Positions 31,917 through 37,650 of a stretch of 37,650 nt of DNA are shown one piece after another. The notes beneath the pieces were generated by a model that was not told where the DNA came from, did no database searches, and saw only the letters and a program-made list of their open reading frames with translations. The stretch is from Bacteroidales bacterium (lineage in GTDB: Bacteria > Bacteroidota > Bacteroidia > Bacteroidales > WCHB1-69). Location of the stretch: the NCBI GenBank assembly GCA_031257735.1, contig JAIROC010000134.1, forward strand, positions 1-37,650, given 5' to 3'. Both the position numbers and the translations under genes were made by a program. Position 1 is the first letter of the stretch. The number at the start of each line of letters is the position of its first letter.

Positions 31917-33743
31917 CTACTCCTTAGGCTTTATATAGAGGTAATTGACCGAACGTTCATACGCTAAAACATAGTCTAAGCCACCGATGCTTGTTCTCTC
32001 ACCGTCTTCGTCTAAGCCCCAAATGATCTCTTCGGTAACGTCTTTGAGCGCCTCCAGCGTGACATTGCAATCGACCGTGATGAACTTCCATTCGTCTGAT
32101 CCGTCGGCTTTGAAATACAGGTGGATGACAGGGGAGTACCGGTCGGGAAGCGTTCTTCTCTCCGTTATGCAACAGGACAGGCTATACAACTGAATATCGT
32201 CGCTGACGGGAAGATCGACAGAGATTCTTCCGACTTCATCCGCCCAGGTATTACCATCATTTTGTGACTGCGAATAAAAGTCGCCAAAAGTGCGGTGGAA
32301 GACGGCTTTGACTTCCCCTTTCAGGCGCTGATTGCTTTTGTTTACCAACCGCACCTCGGTCTCAAAAGGAGTGTCGTATCGCTTCATGAAGATTTCATTG
32401 TCGGCAGAATATTCCCTTATTAAATTAAAATTTCGGCATCGGGGAACATCGTAGCTCTCCAGTACCGTGACTATGAAATCTTCTTCACTACACGTTGAAC
32501 CCAATCTCGGACAAATCCATTCTTCCTCACCTTTGGCTTGAAATAGAGGTTTAACGGTATAGGTTCCGGGAGCGCAGTTGATATAAAAGGGAATTAACCA
32601 TGAGGTAAAGTATCCATCACCTCTTAATTCATTAATATTATAAGGCTGGGATTGTTCAACTAAAGTCTCCCCATTGTACAGCGCCATTCTGAACCTTCCT
32701 TCCCATTTTTCACTACCGGTGTTTGTGGCGTAATTACCAAAATAACCGGCTTCACCCTTGATATATGTTCTTCCGTAATTCTGATAAAAGGGATCGATTC
32801 TTAATAGAGAGGTACGGCTGTTTCCAAGGGTGATAGGATCTGTTTTTCCAAAGGTAGACCAATAGACGACATCGAGCTGAGTATCTTCAGGAAGCAGATG
32901 GGGGGTACCGGTTTTCTTGTGCAAATTCAGAGAATAGATATACTCGTACTCTGCACGCCAATGATGAATCTTACTTACATAATAGATATACTCGTCGCCG
33001 TCGATGGTGATGTAAAATATAACGTCTTCGTAATCGGCCATATTCGTCGGAAGAGTAATAATACTTAATTTTTGAAGATTAGAATCATCTAAAGTATAAT
33101 CGAACGTATCCGAAAGGGAAGTAATCTCTCCGGTTTTAACGATATCTCCTGTTGTTATATCAAGTTCGCCAGTCGTATGGATACCTTCTATCTCTATCTT
33201 GGTCACCCGGCCTTCATATTGATAATCGTTTTTATGGATGTAAAATGAAACTAAGGATAGACCATGCTTCATGGTGATGTCGGCAGTAACCCTGTCTTTG
33301 GATGCAGTTGCTTTTACACCATAAAGATAGTCAATCTGTTCACTTGCATCAACAGGGAGGATGGCATCATGAATACTTTCGGAATAAGGGTAATAGCTGT
33401 ACAGGAATACAGGATCGTCTTTCAACTCGATATCTTTATGCACCCAAACACTTCCGTCGAACGACGCGGGAAAATTCAAATTGCCGGAATTTCCGTCATA
33501 AGGCTGGTCGACACGGCCGCCGGTGGCATAAAGGCCGATTTTATCTGTTGTACCAAATCGCTCGATGATCGCCCCCCGACTATTGCCGTAGTGCATACGC
33601 TCCAATGATGGAGAGATTTTTAACGAATAGGTTATAGGTTGAGGTGCTGGATCATCACCGGAGGAACAACCTACTAAAAATAATACCAATGCTAAAAAAT
33701 AATTCTTTCTTTTAAATATTTGAAAGCTATTCACGTTATTCAT
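31917..33743 (-). CDS. Fimbrillin-like (Mfa/FimA superfamily, type V pilus-related) lipoprotein, 608 aa
   Basis: Lipobox LVLFLVGCSS. The segments VFLYSYYPY...ILPVDASEQIDYLYG...MKHGLSLVSFYI...ITTGELDITTGD are typical of the fimbrillin family. Confidence 0.6.
   Translation of the reverse strand: MNNVNSFQIFKRKNYFLALVLFLVGCSSGDDPAPQPITYSLKISPSLERMHYGNSRGAIIERFGTTDKIGLYATGGRVDQPYDGNSGNLNFPASFDGSVWVHKDIELKDDPVFLYSYYPYSESIHDAILPVDASEQIDYLYGVKATASKDRVTADITMKHGLSLVSFYIHKNDYQYEGRVTKIEIEGIHTTGELDITTGDIVKTGEITSLSDTFDYTLDDSNLQKLSIITLPTNMADYEDVIFYITIDGDEYIYYVSKIHHWRAEYEYIYSLNLHKKTGTPHLLPEDTQLDVVYWSTFGKTDPITLGNSRTSLLRIDPFYQNYGRTYIKGEAGYFGNYATNTGSEKWEGRFRMALYNGETLVEQSQPYNINELRGDGYFTSWLIPFYINCAPGTYTVKPLFQAKGEEEWICPRLGSTCSEEDFIVTVLESYDVPRCRNFNLIREYSADNEIFMKRYDTPFETEVRLVNKSNQRLKGEVKAVFHRTFGDFYSQSQNDGNTWADEVGRISVDLPVSDDIQLYSLSCCITERRTLPDRYSPVIHLYFKADGSDEWKFITVDCNVTLEALKDVTEEIIWGLDEDGERTSIGGLDYVLAYERSVNYLYIKPKE
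33713..33736 (-). promoter_or_regulatory. Motif copy j inside the first codons of 31917..33743 (ACGTGAATAGCTTTCAAATATTTA)
   Basis: Encodes VNSFQIF directly after the ATG at 33743. Confidence 0.65.
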
Positions 33744-33779
33744 ACTTGTTTTAATTTAATGTTTTCAATACAACAAAGA

Positions 33780-33803
33780 TAAACATTTGAAAACTATACA
33801 CAA
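33780..33803 (-). promoter_or_regulatory. Intergenic motif copy k (TTGTGTATAGTTTTCAAATGTTTA)
   Basis: Lies 11 nt after the stop at 33815 and is followed by TATCTTTG, an exact TAnnTTTG. It ends 36 nt upstream of the ATG at 33743. Confidence 0.85.
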
Positions 33804-33814
33804 CAACGCCAGCA

Positions 33815-34567
33815 TTAATTACGTGAATAAGTTATAATATATTTTGTGCCATTAATTATGAGTTCTTCGCTTATAATGGGGAATTGTTTTGCATTAATTA
33901 TTATAACATTACCTACAGTTAATGTATATGTTTTCCATTCATATTCAATGCTTTCTCCTTCACTATAACCACCCATATAATCTATATAAGTCTCATCATA
34001 ATAATCATCGTCCCATTCTGTGGTGGTGTTTGCATTAAATGTCTTAGTTTCCTCGGTAGTTGTTGTTGAACGATAATACCATTCCTCTGTCCAGAATTCA
34101 TACTTCTTATTTCCAACAACCTTTAATGTTACAGGACTAACCGAGGTTGTTAGAGTGCGTTTTATTTTTGTGAAAAACATATCACGATGGCGATCATTAT
34201 AAGGATGTGCATAATTAGTGACATCCTGAATATCAATCGTTATTACGCTCCGAAACTTGGCAGTGAATTTCATGTCTTCACCAGGAACGTCGAAGGTGTA
34301 TGAACTTTGATTCTTCTTTTTATTTTTATCGTCTTCAAAACTGACAAGCTCATAACCATCATTGGGTGTAGCGGTTACAGTACACTCCTGGCCGAAATCA
34401 TAGAGTCCTCCTCCGGTGACGGTTCCTGCTGCGGTAGATGTAACACGGGTGGACACACCGTCTACAATAATTTCACAATCAACAAGCACTTTCGCTTGTT
34501 CTTCTTTTGAACAAGCAACAATAGTAGCAGCTATGGCTACATAGAAAAAACACTTTAACATTTTCAT
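33815..34567 (-). CDS. Lipoprotein with one Listeria-Bacteroides-type repeat (250 aa)
   Basis: The signal peptide and lipobox AATIVACSK are followed by GTVTGGGLYDFGQECTVTATPNDGYELVSFEDD...YTFDV...FTAKFR. Confidence 0.6.
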   Translation of the reverse strand: MKMLKCFFYVAIAATIVACSKEEQAKVLVDCEIIVDGVSTRVTSTAAGTVTGGGLYDFGQECTVTATPNDGYELVSFEDDKNKKKNQSSYTFDVPGEDMKFTAKFRSVITIDIQDVTNYAHPYNDRHRDMFFTKIKRTLTTSVSPVTLKVVGNKKYEFWTEEWYYRSTTTTEETKTFNANTTTEWDDDYYDETYIDYMGGYSEGESIEYEWKTYTLTVGNVIIINAKQFPIISEELIINGTKYIITYSRN

Positions 34568-34591
34568 GATTTTGAATTTTTAAATTAGTTT

Positions 34592-35401
34592 TTAGATAGA
34601 TATTTGAGAGCTATACGCAACATGCTTGGAGGTAGATTCCGCAATTCCCCAGCCAGCTTTACCTTTAATCAACTCGACGGTAACTAAAGTTGCAGAATTA
34701 TTTATCGTCGTGATTTTATCACCGGAAAGTAACTTTTTAATGGATTCCGGAGATTGTTTGCTTAAATCAATGTCTCCGACGTTCAGCGGTTCCGTCTTGC
34801 CTGTGGATTTATCCAAGATGCGGTAATTGTCATATCCGGAAGAGGTAGAGACATCAGCGATTAAAGACTTGCCCGTGGAAGAAAAGAGTTCTTCATCTCT
34901 ATAGACTTGGATAGAACTTTCGCTTTTATTTATAGGCCCTTGAATTTCCTTTTCCCATACTGTTTTACCCGTTTCATTACCAACAACACTGATAGTACCA
35001 CCAGTATAATCATTCACATAAGAGTCACCGGATTCAAGCATTATTTCTGCTTTCTCGATTGCTTCGTCTCTTGTCAAAGAAAAACCTTTGCTATTGGAAT
35101 CTGTGGCGTCATTAAAAAACACATCGTAAGTTTCATCCATCATATCTGCTTTGAGCATTACCTTCTCTGATTCGGTTAATTTGGGTAATTTGACCTCGTG
35201 GCTGTTCTCCATTTGGTAGGCTTTAAAATCATCGACAAGAAGTTTTAAATCATAGAGAAACTCATCGCTGCATCCATTTTTCTTATAAATAGACAATGCT
35301 GATTCTAATATCTCGGCGGAGCAGCTGTCGGTACCTTGAAATACAATTGCAGGTATTTCATTCATAAGACACTTGTTTAATAATCTTCTTTGATCTTTCA
35401 T
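34592..35401 (-). CDS. Hypothetical protein (269 aa, no signal peptide)
   Basis: ORF only. Its C-terminal codons are motif copy l. Confidence 0.45.
   Translation of the reverse strand: MKDQRRLLNKCLMNEIPAIVFQGTDSCSAEILESALSIYKKNGCSDEFLYDLKLLVDDFKAYQMENSHEVKLPKLTESEKVMLKADMMDETYDVFFNDATDSNSKGFSLTRDEAIEKAEIMLESGDSYVNDYTGGTISVVGNETGKTVWEKEIQGPINKSESSIQVYRDEELFSSTGKSLIADVSTSSGYDNYRILDKSTGKTEPLNVGDIDLSKQSPESIKKLLSGDKITTINNSATLVTVELIKGKAGWGIAESTSKHVAYSSQISI
34597..34620 (-). promoter_or_regulatory. Degenerate motif copy l (TTGCGTATAGCTCTCAAATATCTA)
   Basis: Overlaps the last 8 codons of 34592..35401. Lies 29 nt upstream of the ATG at 34567. Confidence 0.55.
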
Positions 35402-35407
35402 AATAAG

Positions 35408-36280
35408 CTAATTGAGTTTAATGTTATAATTGTAAATGTCGCCATTATAAAAACCGCCAAGACGCCAACTTCTAATTTGTATATTCCCGACTTTAATATG
35501 GGTACTCGCTTTCCCTTTATTCTGAATAAGTACGGTATGGAGTGATTCTTCTGATGGCACATTGCTTGATTTGGGATATTTATAGGTGTACAATTCATCG
35601 TCAATGGTAAAATTGATACTGATGCTGTCTTCTTCTTCCCGTGATGATGGCAGCATCAAAAGAGTAATAGGGGTGCCCAATTCGGTGAAATGAATATCAC
35701 ATTCGATATCGATATCATATGCACCGGAGGAAGAACGAAGTTCTCCTGTTATCAGATTAAATTCGCCAGCGAATCCGATATTTTGAATCCCTATGTTTGA
35801 CAGGTGGCCAACGCCATCATAACCATTTTTTTTTATAATCAGGGTATTTAAGGAAAAAATGTTTTGTAAGGGGAGAATAGCAGTAGATTCATTCGCTGTA
35901 ACGATACATTTTCCCCATAATACTGGAGTTTGGTCTGTTATATCGATAGGCAGTATATTGTCGTTTATAATAGGAACATAAGGGTAGTAACCGATAACCT
36001 CCTGGGGAGACAGTACTTTAAGGTCTTCAGTGAAAGTCCATGTTTCCCCCAAGGTACACTTATAGTTCGTATCATCGAATAATATACCGATTTCTTTTAT
36101 GGAGCTATCTCTGCTGCTCAGTAGAGGAACAACGGTTAAAATAACAGGAAGTTCTTCTTCACTATTATCACTATCCCCATCGCAGGACGACAGGCCAAAG
36201 ACTGCTATACAGATAATTATGTATAATAGTGACCTTTTTATAATTTGACCAATGTTTTTAAAATGATAGTCTTTGTACAT
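35408..36280 (-). CDS. Fimbrillin-like lipoprotein with a borrowed N-terminal leader
   Basis: MYKDYHFKNIGQ (identical to 30167..31510) is followed by IIKRSLLYIIICIAVFGLSSC (lipobox). VIGYYPYVP...ILPIDITDQTPVLWG...NLITGEL is fimbrillin-like. Confidence 0.6.
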   Translation of the reverse strand: MYKDYHFKNIGQIIKRSLLYIIICIAVFGLSSCDGDSDNSEEELPVILTVVPLLSSRDSSIKEIGILFDDTNYKCTLGETWTFTEDLKVLSPQEVIGYYPYVPIINDNILPIDITDQTPVLWGKCIVTANESTAILPLQNIFSLNTLIIKKNGYDGVGHLSNIGIQNIGFAGEFNLITGELRSSSGAYDIDIECDIHFTELGTPITLLMLPSSREEEDSISINFTIDDELYTYKYPKSSNVPSEESLHTVLIQNKGKASTHIKVGNIQIRSWRLGGFYNGDIYNYNIKLN

Positions 36281-36322
36281 AAACATTTGAAAGCTATACA
36301 CAACACAATACAACAACTACTT
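36245..36322 (-). repeat. 78-bp perfect direct repeat, copy 2
   Basis: Identical to 31475-31552; the offset is 4770 bp. Confidence 0.95.
36280..36303 (-). promoter_or_regulatory. Intergenic motif copy m (consensus)
   Basis: Part of the 78-bp repeat, between the stop at 36317 and the ATG at 36280. Confidence 0.9.
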
Positions 36323-36589
36323 ACTTTCGCAAGTCACCTCGCAAGTCTTGCCTTCAGGAGAAGGTGATTGATATACAGGGTCTTCCGGAAGATTTAATAT
36401 TGCTCTTATCTTATCCAATGCTATTATACCTTCGTTAATCATATATAGCTTGTCCGTGAGAATAACATATTTATTTAATAAATTTTTCTCCTCAGGTGTT
36501 ATAAGCTCTAACTTTACTTCAGTACTTTCATAGCCGATTTTTAATGCTATAAGAATATCATTTATGTCTTCCCATTCAATTTTATTCAT
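36317..36589 (-). CDS. Hypothetical protein (90 aa)
   Basis: ORF only. Confidence 0.4.
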   Translation of the reverse strand: MNKIEWEDINDILIALKIGYESTEVKLELITPEEKNLLNKYVILTDKLYMINEGIIALDKIRAILNLPEDPVYQSPSPEGKTCEVTCESK

Positions 36590-36652
36590 AATTATTTTTA
36601 TTATGCATCGTACTGATGCGTTAATTGTCTATCTGTTTTTTCGACAGATATA

Positions 36653-37650
36653 TCACTCAATACCGACTTCAACATTGTACTTTCTATCTTGTTCAAGGTC
36701 AATAATGAAAGATTCCCCGCCGGCAGATAAAGTAAGAGTGGCAGCTCTTCTGGATGTTGACATGTTTTCAGATGCGGTAACAGTACAAGTGCTACCACCA
36801 TTGGTCACGGTAAAACCGGAACCGTCGGGAAGTGAATAAGTCCAAGCGACAGTCTCAACCGTTGAAGTGACACTTCCATCAATATATTTTGTACGTTTTG
36901 CCGTTACTGTACAGCTCTTTGTTCCGCCACTGCTGGCGAAACTTAAGTAGTCGGGAGTGGTGGTTAAGGAATAAATCCACTCTTCTTTTTGGAATGTAGC
37001 TGTATAGGTGGCATTTCCGGTGACGGATACTGAACGGGAGGCGCTTGTATTATTATCATTCCATTTCACGAATGAATAACTGATATTGCCGGAAGCAGCC
37101 TTGGGAGTAGCGGTTAATGTGGGCGTTGCTCCATAGTCGTAACTACCACCGCCGGAGACTGTACCGTATGATGTGTTATTTGAGGTGACTGTTAGTGTGT
37201 ATCGGTTTATTGTGTACCGGGCTTCCAGTGACCGGGTAGCGGTGATGGTGAAGGTGTATGAAGCGCTCGTGGAGACTCTATTCTCACCCTCATACCAACC
37301 AGCAAAGGTATAACCAGTGGAAGGTGTTGCTGTGACGGTAACAGACGATCCATGAGTGAACGTCCCACTTCCGGAAGCTGATCCGCCACTACCGGCACTT
37401 GCGGTGACGCTGTATTTGTTTATATTGTACTTGGCAACTAATGTACGTGCGCCGGTGCATGTAAATGTATAGGATGCACTCGTGGATACTCTATTCTCAC
37501 CCTCATACCAACCGGCAAAAGTATAACCAGCGGAAGGTGTGGCTGTCAACGTTACGGATGATCCGTATTCGTAGGAGCTAGCTCCGTTGACACTTCCTCC
37601 TGTTTCAGCTGTTGCTGATATGGCATATTTGGTTTTGCTGAACCGGGCAT
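36653..37650 (-). CDS. Surface lipoprotein with Listeria-Bacteroides repeats, 3' portion (continuation of 1..1078)
   Basis: The reading frame is open from 37648 down to the stop at 36653; the track's TTG at 37549 is internal. Repeats include SSVTLTATPSAGYTFAGWYEGENRVSTSASYTFT, SSVTVTATPSTGYTFAGWYEGENRVSTSASYTFT and ATPTLTATPKAASGNISYSFVKW. Confidence 0.8.
   Translation of the reverse strand, partial: ARFSKTKYAISATAETGGSVNGASSYEYGSSVTLTATPSAGYTFAGWYEGENRVSTSASYTFTCTGARTLVAKYNINKYSVTASAGSGGSASGSGTFTHGSSVTVTATPSTGYTFAGWYEGENRVSTSASYTFTITATRSLEARYTINRYTLTVTSNNTSYGTVSGGGSYDYGATPTLTATPKAASGNISYSFVKWNDNNTSASRSVSVTGNATYTATFQKEEWIYSLTTTPDYLSFASSGGTKSCTVTAKRTKYIDGSVTSTVETVAWTYSLPDGSGFTVTNGGSTCTVTASENMSTSRRAATLTLSAGGESFIIDLEQDRKYNVEVGIE
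37254..37560 (-). repeat. Intragenic tandem repeat, period 210 nt (70 aa)
   Basis: ACTCTATTCTCACCCTCATACCAACC occurs twice, exactly 210 nt apart; the flanks are ~85-90% identical by eye. Confidence 0.8.

Noticed and set aside
36628-36650. Hairpin TATCTGT-N7-ACAGATA just after the stop of the large lipoprotein gene, considered as a terminator.
   Set aside because: It has only a 7-bp AT-rich stem with no following U tract, which is too weak to call from sequence alone.
1-37650. Interpretation as an integrative conjugative element (CTn-like ICE).
   Set aside because: There is no tyrosine integrase, excisionase or att-like ends. Instead there is a Rep + iteron origin, ParA partition and an in-frame circular junction, so a plasmid is the better model.

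Overview
The window reads as a complete, circularly closed ~37.65-kb AT-rich conjugative plasmid of the Bacteroidales type, linearised inside a gene. A minus-strand lipoprotein ORF runs off nt 1 and resumes in frame at nt 37650. Modules: (i) replication: a Phd/YefM-like small gene translationally coupled to a Rep initiator, followed by two clusters of three 19-bp iterons; (ii) a serine recombinase with a RhuM-family gene; (iii) a ParA partition operon divergent from a MobC-like accessory gene and relaxase, with repeat-rich centromere and oriT candidates between them; (iv) one long co-directional minus-strand array running 1676 -> 1, wrapping to 37650 -> 10560. That array carries an OM barrel, Listeria-Bacteroides-repeat lipoproteins, fimbrillin-like lipoproteins, SSB, a DUF3945-like protein, a Bacteroidetes-type T4SS (TraE/F/G/I/J/K/M/N homologues), a 1668-aa methyltransferase-helicase fusion, the coupling protein, a Toprim/primase-like protein and small membrane peptides. 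No rRNA, tRNA, CRISPR array, transposase or tyrosine integrase was recognised. The most interesting signals are: (1) a ~24-nt motif (gene-sense TTGTGTATAGCTTTCAAATGTTTA) in at least 15 copies, always co-directional with the next gene and mostly filling stop-to-start gaps; (2) two identical 28-bp palindromes with an AAACGTACGT core flanking a 157-bp segment that carries a perfect Bacteroides -7 box, i.e. a candidate invertible promoter at the head of the long gene array, with a candidate cognate serine invertase on the plasmid; (3) recombination footprints: a 78-bp perfect repeat giving two unrelated proteins the same leader and first 12 codons, and a TraF/TraE chimeric gene; (4) tandem small hydrophobic peptides with identical strong Shine-Dalgarno-like leaders. 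All product calls rest on motif recognition by eye; no database search was run.
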